Positions 57,416-64,000 of a stretch of DNA of 64,000 bases are shown one piece after another. Position 1 is the first letter of the stretch, and every line of letters starts with the position of its first letter. Both the position numbers and the translations under genes were made by a program. Location: contig JBAYJA010000005.1 of the NCBI GenBank assembly GCA_041665345.1, positions 2,913 to 66,912 on the forward strand, written 5' to 3'. The stretch is from Patescibacteria group bacterium (lineage in GTDB: Bacteria > Patescibacteriota > Patescibacteriia > PEXW01). Below the pieces are notes generated by a model that searched no databases, was not told where the DNA came from, and was given only the letters and a program-made list of their open reading frames with translations.

Positions 57416-57700
57416 ATGAACAAAGCAGAACTCATTGATCGTTTAGCCGAAAAGCTCAACCAGCCCAAGAAGCAGGTGGAGGATGTGCTGGAAGGTTTTC
57501 AGAAAACCGTTATGGAAACGCTCCAAGCGAATGAAGAGGTTACCCTCACAGGTTTTGGCACGTTCATGGCGAAAGAGCGTTCCGCACGTACCGGCGTCAA
57601 CCCTCAGAATCCAACCGAGAAAATTCAGATTGCTGCCGTCCGCGTCCCCAAGTTCAAGGCTGGCAAAGCCCTGAAAGACTGTTTGAAGCACCCAGCGTAA
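57416..57700 (+). CDS. hup: DNA-binding protein HU
   Basis: MNKAELIDRLAEK...GFGTF...R-x-G-x-NP; 94 aa; RBS aaggggg upstream. Confidence 0.85.
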   Translation: MNKAELIDRLAEKLNQPKKQVEDVLEGFQKTVMETLQANEEVTLTGFGTFMAKERSARTGVNPQNPTEKIQIAAVRVPKFKAGKALKDCLKHPA

Positions 57701-57720
57701 ATTTTCTTCCATAATGTAAA

Positions 57721-57757
57721 CCGCCCTTGTGGACATACAAGGGCGGAGTTTTGTTTT
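57721..57757 (+). terminator. terminator after hup
   Basis: ccgcccttgtggacatacaagggcgg followed by a T-run. Confidence 0.65.
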
Positions 57758-58060
57758 AAAGTGTGCATGCTTGGAAACACTATCCGTATTGAATTTCGTA
57801 GAGCAACGCGCCAATCAACCAAGTAACAAAAATAATTCCCACAGAAGTTTCAAAGAGCTCATTTGCGCGGAGTGTATTCCAACTCAGAGAACCACCAATC
57901 AGGACAATAACTGTCCAAGGCAGGAAAAAATGCCACCGTTTGTGCGCCATTTTCAACTCTCACTTTTTTAAAGTTTCTACTATTCCAAGCATACCAATGA
58001 GTCTGGAAGCAGTCAAAAAAGAAACATGAAAAGCCCCGGCCATGTGGTCGGGGCGTTGTA

Positions 58061-58429
58061 TTAGCGTGCGGGTTGTATGAACTTCGGATACTGTGCACTC
58101 AGCGACATGTAGTCATCCTCTGCATCCTGGAGTTGGCAGGCGCAGCTCTCTAAATCCCCATTGGTAAAGGCGGAAAAACTCAGTGCTAACTTTGCCTGGC
58201 AGGAAATCCGGTACGTGTCTGCTGGGAGTGATTGCACGAGATAGTGTACCCATGCCAACCGAAGGAGAAGAATTTTTGCGATTTTTCGGGGACGCTTTGC
58301 CAGGGAATGTGCGGTGTTGCCAAAATGGTCTTTTGCGGTTTTCTCAAGTGCTTGTAACTCAGCTTTTTGCTGCTGGTTCAGCGTTGTGTTTATAGACACA
58401 TCAGCCTCCTCGTCAGTGTGTGTAGTCAT
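58061..58429 (-). CDS. hypothetical protein (122 aa from internal ATG)
   Basis: ORF 58061..58534; start moved to MTTHTDEE to avoid overlap with the VKOR promoter region. Confidence 0.3.
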   Translation of the reverse strand: MTTHTDEEADVSINTTLNQQQKAELQALEKTAKDHFGNTAHSLAKRPRKIAKILLLRLAWVHYLVQSLPADTYRISCQAKLALSFSAFTNGDLESCACQLQDAEDDYMSLSAQYPKFIQPAR

Positions 58430-58499
58430 TGTACATGACCACTGGAGTGCGGCAAGCGCCTTGGCGGATGGTATTTTCCCGAGTACTATAACAGCACCT

Positions 58500-58967
58500 A
58501 TGTCGACCCGAACCCGCCTGCTCACAATCGCCATTCTGTCCCTTGCTGGGATTGCTGTTTCCGCTTACGCCCTGAAGCTCCACTATTCCGTGGAACCTTC
58601 TACGTTTTGCAACTTCAACGCAACCTTCAACTGCGATGTGGTAAATAAGAGTTGGGCCAGCCAAATTGCCGGGGTGCCGGTTGCTTTGCTTGGGATCATT
58701 GGGTATGCCCTTATGCTGGTCGTTAGTCTCTGGTTGCTGCTAATGAAAAAACTGCCCACCCTGGCGTGGGGCGGGCTGGCGCTGGCAAGTCTTGGCGGGC
58801 TGGGCTTTTCTTTGTTTCTGACAGGTGTGGAAATTTTTGACCTGAAAACGTTTTGCGTGCTGTGCTTAGGTTCGCAAGTAGTTATGCTGGCAATCGCCTT
58901 GCTGGTGTGGACCAGTGTGGAGGCGCGTCATTCCTTCCGCTCCTGGTTCTTCTCCTCAGCTTCCTGA
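58500..58967 (+). CDS. vitamin K epoxide reductase (VKOR) family protein
   Basis: Loop cysteines FCNFNATFNC and redox CVLC in a transmembrane helix. Confidence 0.7.
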   Translation: MSTRTRLLTIAILSLAGIAVSAYALKLHYSVEPSTFCNFNATFNCDVVNKSWASQIAGVPVALLGIIGYALMLVVSLWLLLMKKLPTLAWGGLALASLGGLGFSLFLTGVEIFDLKTFCVLCLGSQVVMLAIALLVWTSVEARHSFRSWFFSSAS

Positions 58968-59182
58968 GCACCAAGTTTTGCCAATCGCATTGTCAGCCAG
59001 ACAACAACAACGGTAACAATGATTGCATAGCCAAACTTGGCCACGAGGCCACTTGCGGTGCCAAAAATCCTGGCGAACAAGTCTTTCACCGCCTCATTCC
59101 AGGCTAACGCCGCTATCAGACCCAGGGCTCCAGTAATGAGCGTTCGGATCTGCTCTGCAACGGCTTTGGTCGTCTTTGGCAT
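58928..59182 (-). CDS. small membrane protein (84 aa)
   Basis: Two hydrophobic helices; convergent with VKOR and overlaps it by 40 nt. Confidence 0.35.
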   Translation of the reverse strand: MPKTTKAVAEQIRTLITGALGLIAALAWNEAVKDLFARIFGTASGLVAKFGYAIIVTVVVVWLTMRLAKLGAQEAEEKNQERKE

Positions 59183-59212
59183 ATGTGAAGTATATCATGG
59201 ACAGGATGAGGA

Positions 59213-59455
59213 GTGCGGCAAGGGTTTGGATGCTCGTTAGGGTTTAGGGTATGGAAGGGGGGAGATTTTCTTGGAGGTTGCACCAATCTTTCGTCACGAA
59301 GGCAAGCTTCTCCTGGTAAGCATTACCCCTCCGCACCTCCCCTTAGTAAAGGGGAGGACGGGTTTTGTGGTGAAAGCTCAAGACTCTTCCTATTCGTAAT
59401 TCGTACTTTCGTAGCATCTATTCGTATTTCGTAACTGTATTCGTATATTTGACGA
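59213..59455 (+). repeat. modular intergenic repeat, copy E5 (oriented toward pilT)
   Basis: gcaagggtttggatgctcgttagggtttagggtatggaagg...cccctccgcacctccccttagtaaaggggagg...ctattcgtaattcgtactttcgtagcatctattcgtatttcgtaactgtattcgtat, abutting the TTGACG -35 box. Confidence 0.6.
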
Positions 59456-59477
59456 AAGTGAAAAAACATGCTAGAAT
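59449..59477 (+). promoter_or_regulatory. sigma70-type promoter of pilT
   Basis: TTGACG - 17 nt - TAGAAT. Confidence 0.5.
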
Positions 59478-59663
59478 ACATTTAGAAATAAAGAACAAAT
59501 ATGAAAAAACTTTCACCAGCCTTCCCCTCGGGGCATATTAGCTTGGTCATGCTAGGACAGACCATGTACTACGAAAAGGCATCAATGTCACTGGGCCACC
59601 GCATGGCCAAGCGCATTTTTGGTGCATTGAAAAAGAAACCCGCCCAGCGGTAACGCGTCCTTT

Positions 59664-60710
59664 ATGATTAAAATTGACGACCTGTTTCGCATCGCGGTTG
59701 ACCGCCGGGCCTCCGACGTCCATATTGTTTCCGGCAAACCACCAATCCTCCGCATTGATGGGAATTTAGTTGAGGTTGAAGGTATTCCACCCTTGGCGCC
59801 AAAAGACACCCAGGCGTTGATTTTCTCCATCATGAATGACAAGCAGAAGCAGTTGTTCATTGGTGACCGGGAATTGGATATGTCCTACGAGATTCCCGGT
59901 GGGTATCGCTTCCGTGTGAATTGTCACTGGGAGCGTAACAACGCCGGTTTAGTTGCGCGTATCATTTCCCAGCAAATTCCAGCCATGGAAGATTTGGCCA
60001 TGCCGCAGGTAGTGTACGACCTGATCAAGCAGAAGCAGGGGCTCATTTTGGTCACTGGCCCTACGGGTTGTGGGAAGTCCACTTCCTTGGCTGCCATGAT
60101 TGACTACATTAATAATGACCGTGCGGCGCACATCATCACCCTGGAAGATCCCATTGAATTCATCTACGAATCCAAGAAGTCCATTATCAAGCAGCGCCAA
60201 CTTGGAACGGACATTCTCTCCTTTGGCCAGGCACTGAAGCATGTGTTGCGCCAAGACCCCAACGTGATTTTGGTGGGGGAAATGCGCGATTTGGAAACCA
60301 TTTCTGCCACCATTACCTTGGCGGAGACTGGACACTTGGTTCTGGCTACCCTGCACACCTTCAACGCCGCGCAAACCGTGGATCGCATCATCGACGTGTT
60401 CCCACCCTACCAGCAAGACCAAGTCCGCATTCAGCTCTCCCTCTTCTTAAAGGGAATTATCTCCCAGCAGCTCTTGCCCCGGATGAATGGCGGACGTATT
60501 TCGTCCCGGGAAATTCTCATTAACACGCCAGCAATTGCAAACTTGATTCGGGAGAACAAGGTGGCGCAAATTAAAACCGTCATTCAAACGTCGGCAGAAG
60601 ATGGCATGATCACCATGGACCAAGATTTGAAGCGTTTGTACGACGCGGGGGAAATTGCGGAAGACATTGCCCGGGCGTACATGCTGAATCCAGAAACACT
60701 GAAAGGGTAA
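59664..60710 (+). CDS. pilT: type IV pilus retraction ATPase PilT
   Basis: Walker A GPTGCGKST, Asp box, Walker B, and His box of the PilT/PilU family; 348 aa. Confidence 0.85.
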   Translation: MIKIDDLFRIAVDRRASDVHIVSGKPPILRIDGNLVEVEGIPPLAPKDTQALIFSIMNDKQKQLFIGDRELDMSYEIPGGYRFRVNCHWERNNAGLVARIISQQIPAMEDLAMPQVVYDLIKQKQGLILVTGPTGCGKSTSLAAMIDYINNDRAAHIITLEDPIEFIYESKKSIIKQRQLGTDILSFGQALKHVLRQDPNVILVGEMRDLETISATITLAETGHLVLATLHTFNAAQTVDRIIDVFPPYQQDQVRIQLSLFLKGIISQQLLPRMNGGRISSREILINTPAIANLIRENKVAQIKTVIQTSAEDGMITMDQDLKRLYDAGEIAEDIARAYMLNPETLKG

Positions 60711-60800
60711 GCAATATAGTCTACGAAGTGCAATAAACGAGCCCCGCAGCCAGCGGGGTTTCTTGCATATCAGCGCGTTCACTGCTACGTTGGAAGCCGA

Positions 60801-60876
60801 GCGCCCGTAGCTCAACGGATAGAGTACATGGCTTCGAACCATGGGGTTGGGGGTTCGATTCCCTCCGGGCGCACCA
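60801..60876 (+). tRNA. tRNA-Arg (anticodon UCG), CCA encoded
   Basis: gcgcccgtagctcaacggatagagtacatggcttcgaaccatggggttgggggttcgattccctccgggcgcacca; anticodon loop cTTCGaa. Confidence 0.8.
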
Positions 60877-61026
60877 GCTCGTTTCGTGCTCCGCCCTGCG
60901 TGTAGCCGTTGCTACGGCTCCACTCCGGACTCCGCACGAAGCCTCGCTTTGCCCCACAAACCCGTGCTCCCCTTCGATTCGCTTCGCTCACTCAGGGTCC
61001 GCTTCGTGTTTGTGGGGACCCCGAAG
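60877..61026 (+). repeat. tRNA-trailer element copy T1
   Basis: gctcgtttcgtgctccgccctgcgtgtagccgttgctacggctcc...cacgaagcctcgctttgccccacaaac...gtttgtggggaccccgaag; starts at the first nucleotide after CCA. Confidence 0.65.
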
Positions 61027-61033
61027 AAAGCTC

Positions 61034-61110
61034 GGGCAACTAGCTCAGTTGGTTAGAGCGTCTCGTTTACACCGAGAAGGTCGTAGGTTCGACTCCTACG
61101 TTGCCCACCA
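61034..61110 (+). tRNA. tRNA-Val (anticodon UAC), CCA encoded
   Basis: gggcaactagctcagttggttagagcgtctcgtttacaccgagaaggtcgtaggttcgactcctacgttgcccacca; anticodon loop tTTACac. Confidence 0.85.
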
Positions 61111-61247
61111 GCTCGTTTCGCGCTCAGAGCTGCGCGTATCCGGTTGCTACCGAATCCGCTCCGCCCGTCGCGCGAAGCCTCGCTTTACCCCAGAAACGCG
61201 TGCTCGTCCTGATGCAGGACTGCGCGCCACATTTCTGGGGACCCCGG
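61111..61247 (+). repeat. tRNA-trailer element copy T2
   Basis: gctcgtttcgcgctcagagctgcgcgtatccggttgctaccgaatccg...cgcgaagcctcgctttaccccagaaacgcgtgctcgtcctgatgcaggactgcgcgccacatttctggggaccccgg. Confidence 0.65.
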
Positions 61248-61257
61248 AAAAAATTAT

Positions 61258-61333
61258 GGGCCCTTAGCTCATTTGGTAGAGCGCCGCGTTTGCAACGCGG
61301 AGGTGACCGGTTCGAGCCCGGTAGGGTCCACCA
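61258..61333 (+). tRNA. tRNA-Ala (anticodon UGC), CCA encoded
   Basis: gggcccttagctcatttggtagagcgccgcgtttgcaacgcggaggtgaccggttcgagcccggtagggtccacca; G3:U70; anticodon loop tTTGCaa. Confidence 0.85.
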
Positions 61334-61470
61334 GCTCGTTTCGCGCTCAGAGCTGCGCGTAGACGTTGCTACGTCTCCGTTCCGCCCTTCGCGCGAAGCC
61401 TCGCTTTGCCCCACGAACGCGTGCTCGTCCTGCGGCAGGACTACGCGCCACATTCGTGGGGACCCCGGAG
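61334..61470 (+). repeat. tRNA-trailer element copy T3
   Basis: gctcgtttcgcgctcagagctgcgcgtagacgttgctacgtctcc...cgcgaagcctcgctttgccccacgaacgcgtgctcgtcctgcggcaggactacgcgccacattcgtggggaccccggag. Confidence 0.65.
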
Positions 61471-61595
61471 ATGCTGAGCATATTTGAGTAATATTACTCC
61501 GCACGAATTTCGTCCCACTGCGTTTTTCACAGCGGCAGCTTTTTTCAGATACCAGTGCATTGCCATGACGAACACAGAATTGCTACTCTATTATT

Positions 61596-61994
61596 ATGAC
61601 TAACGAGATAACCGCTTACAATAATTTACAAGCAAAGAAGGAGAAAAGCATTTGCGATGCCCTACGTCGGGTGATTGATGCCTCTTTGCCAAAGGCTGAG
61701 AGTAAAGTGTGGCACGGTGGGCCAGTGTGGTTTTTGGCTGGGAATCCAATTGTTGGTTACTCGCTGCGGAAGCAGGGTGTGCAGCTTCTGTTCTGGAGCG
61801 GTATGTCGTTTGCTGAAACAGACCTCCTGCCCGTTGGGAACGTCAAAAAGTTCAAGGCTGCTGGTGTTATCTACACTGACCGTAAGGAGCTGAAGCATGC
61901 ACTCATCAAACGTTGGCTGCGGAAAGCAAAAACCATCCAGTGGGATTATAAGAATATTATCAAGCGACGAGGGAAACTGGTGCGGCTGAAGTAG
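61596..61994 (+). CDS. DUF1801 (YdhG-like) domain protein
   Basis: LRRVIDASLPKAESKVWHGGPVWFLAGNPIVGYSL matches the DUF1801 pattern. Confidence 0.55.
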   Translation: MTNEITAYNNLQAKKEKSICDALRRVIDASLPKAESKVWHGGPVWFLAGNPIVGYSLRKQGVQLLFWSGMSFAETDLLPVGNVKKFKAAGVIYTDRKELKHALIKRWLRKAKTIQWDYKNIIKRRGKLVRLK

Positions 61995-62170
61995 GATGTG
62001 TTACCTGATCGCCTGCTTCAGCAACGTAACAATTTTCTTTCCTCAGTAGTCCCTAACTTCTTCAAAGCAAAAGCAACGGGCCACATGCTGCCATCGTCGA
62101 GCTTGGCCGTGTTCTGAAAATTCAGGGTTGAGTAGCGGTCCTTGAATTTATTTGCAACCATTTTCCCCAT

Positions 62171-63334
62171 TTAGCTTTGCTTGGCTTTTAGGGCTTCCCC
62201 GGCTTCCTGGCCAATTACCTGAAGTTCATCAACATATTCCCTGGCCCTTTTCCGCTGTCCCGGATGCTTGACTATGTAGCCGGTGGATTTCACTTTCCCC
62301 CATTCAAAATCATTTAACCCCTGATACTCCATATCTTGACTGCGAACGTCGTGCCGATCTCTTGAATGCAATGCTTTACTTGTTGGCTTCCTGGAGATTT
62401 CTTTATTTATTGGCCATTTGATATTTTTTTCTTGAGCGTATCTTTCGCCCTCATTCTGTATTTGGTTTCTTGCGGAATCTTCTAGTTTTTTTTCCCAAAA
62501 ATCATTAATACTAATCTCATTGTCTAAGCAATACCGTTTAATATGCTCTTTCACTTGATTAGGTACATTTTCTTTGTGCCACAAGTCCATTCTTGCTGAG
62601 CTATTTATTAAAACTTCTGGTGTTGACTGTTGAGATCCCCATATCTCAGGCTCGTTGTCTTTCAAAATTTTGTGGAAAGTTTTTATAACCGAGATCAGAG
62701 ACCCATAATACATACCACGTTTTTGGGTTTCACTATTTTTGGTATCAAGTTTTGCGGTATTGTTATCAAATTTATACAAGAAATTATCGTAATCTTTTTG
62801 CGTTGGCGCGTCGCTGTAAGTTTCAATGCCATGAATATTCCCCTCATCAAAGACAATAATTTTGGGGTTCTCCTTGCTAATAATTCTTTTCAATCGCTCC
62901 TCCATTTGAGGAGCGTAAGATTCTTGCGCCATTTTTTGAACCAACCCGTCATCGTTATTTTCTAACCATTTAAATAGCATTGGATCCACCCGTAGAAACC
63001 TGGGGATTGATTCCTCTCCCTGGAAGGCTGCTTTCCACGCCGCTTTGAGTACGTAACCATATGGAATGGCGCTCGAATCCGTAACAAAAACGTAGTCTGG
63101 CTTGATTTCATCGTGCCACTGCGTTACGACCTTAGCTGCCCAGTTTTTGATCCTCTCAGTTTGATGTTCCGTAAGCTGCTCCCGCCAGCCCTTATTAAAA
63201 TCGTAGTTTTCTGCCTTCGTATTCGGCTTATTCACACTCTGGCTTCTCTCTATCGTCTGACTATCATCCTGCTGCCCCAGCGCAGGACTTGGTTCACTCT
63301 CCTGTACATGTCGGTAGTCTTCAGGATTCCCCAT
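62171..63334 (-). CDS. hypothetical protein in a low-GC (about 38-40%) segment; weak PRTase-like core
   Basis: 387-aa ORF with flanks markedly AT-richer than the rest of the window. DYVFVTDSSAIPYGYVL...KIIVFDEGNIHGIET loosely resembles a type I phosphoribosyltransferase fold. Confidence 0.4.
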   Translation of the reverse strand: MGNPEDYRHVQESEPSPALGQQDDSQTIERSQSVNKPNTKAENYDFNKGWREQLTEHQTERIKNWAAKVVTQWHDEIKPDYVFVTDSSAIPYGYVLKAAWKAAFQGEESIPRFLRVDPMLFKWLENNDDGLVQKMAQESYAPQMEERLKRIISKENPKIIVFDEGNIHGIETYSDAPTQKDYDNFLYKFDNNTAKLDTKNSETQKRGMYYGSLISVIKTFHKILKDNEPEIWGSQQSTPEVLINSSARMDLWHKENVPNQVKEHIKRYCLDNEISINDFWEKKLEDSARNQIQNEGERYAQEKNIKWPINKEISRKPTSKALHSRDRHDVRSQDMEYQGLNDFEWGKVKSTGYIVKHPGQRKRAREYVDELQVIGQEAGEALKAKQS

Positions 63335-63521
63335 GCATTCATTTTAGCACATGGTCAGGCTAAGGAATTTCCCGCATTTTTCGTAGTTAATTAAAACCAA
63401 GTGAACCCACTTTACGTGATGAATCCATACCTTTATATCGTATCTTGCTCCTTTGTCGAGTTTTGGAATAGAAAAGAAGAGTGGGTAAATGAAAAAGCCA
63501 CGCGCATGTGCAACGTGGCTG

Positions 63522-64000
63522 TTAGAAGGTTCGATCTTTTTGGAGAAAATCTTGGAGCAGCTTCGCACGTAGGGGGTGCTGAAACCACTTGAGGATTATC
63601 TTTTTTATTTGACGAGTTCGTTCTCTTGAGAGATTGTACCGTTCACCAATCTCTTCTAAGGTTAATGGCCCCTCACCATTCAACCCAAAGTAGAGCATGA
63701 AGATTTCTGCGTCCCTCGATGGAAGCGTATAAAGCAATGAACGGATGATGTTGCGGAGCTCCTCTTGTTCCAGGGCAATGGGTGCTAGAACTGCATGATC
63801 ATCGGCGATGGTGTCCATTGCGGATCCATCACTTTCACCGTCAAAGAACATTTCAAGTGAGACGTGGGAATCACGAACCTGGTAGGTCGCCAGAATTTCC
63901 GCCTCGGTCATCTTTGTTGCAGCAGCAATCTCTTCCACACTTGGCTCGCGATCAAAACTGTGTAGCAATTTTTGGCTCACCTCATTCACAGTGTGCTTAT
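63522..64000 (-). CDS. sigma-70 family RNA polymerase sigma factor (C-terminal part; N-terminus beyond window edge)
   Basis: Regions 3/4: LTLEEIGERYNLSRERTRQIKKIIL is the region 4.2 helix-turn-helix; the ORF runs open to the window end. Confidence 0.7.
   Translation of the reverse strand, partial: KHTVNEVSQKLLHSFDREPSVEEIAAATKMTEAEILATYQVRDSHVSLEMFFDGESDGSAMDTIADDHAVLAPIALEQEELRNIIRSLLYTLPSRDAEIFMLYFGLNGEGPLTLEEIGERYNLSRERTRQIKKIILKWFQHPLRAKLLQDFLQKDRTF

Noticed and set aside
57775-57948. 57-aa minus-strand hydrophobic small ORF between hup and CDS 58061..58429
   Set aside because: Below the ORF-track threshold, weak ribosome-binding site (gagag), no conservation evidence available; noted only as a possible small membrane protein.
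61150-61180. CUGAUG motif in trailer T2, hinting at a hammerhead core
   Set aside because: Present in only one of six copies. No GAAA or stem III context; other copies have CUGCGG at the same position.
60721-61504. ORFs 60721..60957, 60841..61056, 61010..61267, 61101..61487 and 61124..61504
   Set aside because: They are read through tRNA genes and the conserved trailer elements. Arg/Pro/Ser-rich translations are typical of GC-rich non-coding sequence.
1-64000. CRISPR arrays, rRNA genes, integrases, transposases, restriction-modification or toxin-antitoxin modules
   Set aside because: Searched by eye for direct-repeat/spacer periodicity, rRNA-like conserved blocks and the characteristic catalytic motifs; none found. 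The three methyltransferases are small class I SAM enzymes without DNA-methyltransferase target-recognition motifs.

Overview
This 64-kb window is a bacterial chromosomal segment of about 50-55% GC; the lineage cannot be assigned from sequence alone. There are no rRNA genes, CRISPR arrays, or obvious phage or transposase genes. Most of the window is housekeeping: purL (FGAM synthase), an MsbA-like ABC exporter, ddl, a cutA/hydrolase/trmH operon, transketolase, gdhA, trxB-trxA, infB-rbfA, clpP, rny-ymdB-hup, pilT, and two clusters of three tRNA genes. The unusual content is almost all non-coding. (1) Every one of the six tRNA genes is followed directly by a roughly 150-nt conserved trailer whose three helices are supported by compensatory base changes between copies; this is the best candidate for a new structured RNA family. 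(2) A modular intergenic repeat family (5 copies) has tandem TTCGTAA heptads abutting the -35 box of outward-facing promoters in four copies, plus G-rich modules and a conserved double hairpin. (3) A perfect 22-bp palindrome AATTGTTCCACGTGGAACAATT occurs three times, upstream of tRNA genes and one CDS. (4) A roughly 100-nt element ending in a terminator hairpin is duplicated upstream of two adjacent minus-strand genes. (5) Three paralogous TrmB-family regulators each have a TTGACAA-N4-TTGTCAA-type palindrome at their own promoter. (6) Two paralogous Cys-rich small proteins share a CxCxCH...CxCxxCxxC tandem motif. A stretch from about 42.5 to 49 kb (hypotheticals, TrmB paralogues, class I methyltransferases) and a low-GC gene at 62.2-63.3 kb look accessory. 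Gene calls come from the six-frame ORF track plus motifs I recognise in the translations; no database search could be run.
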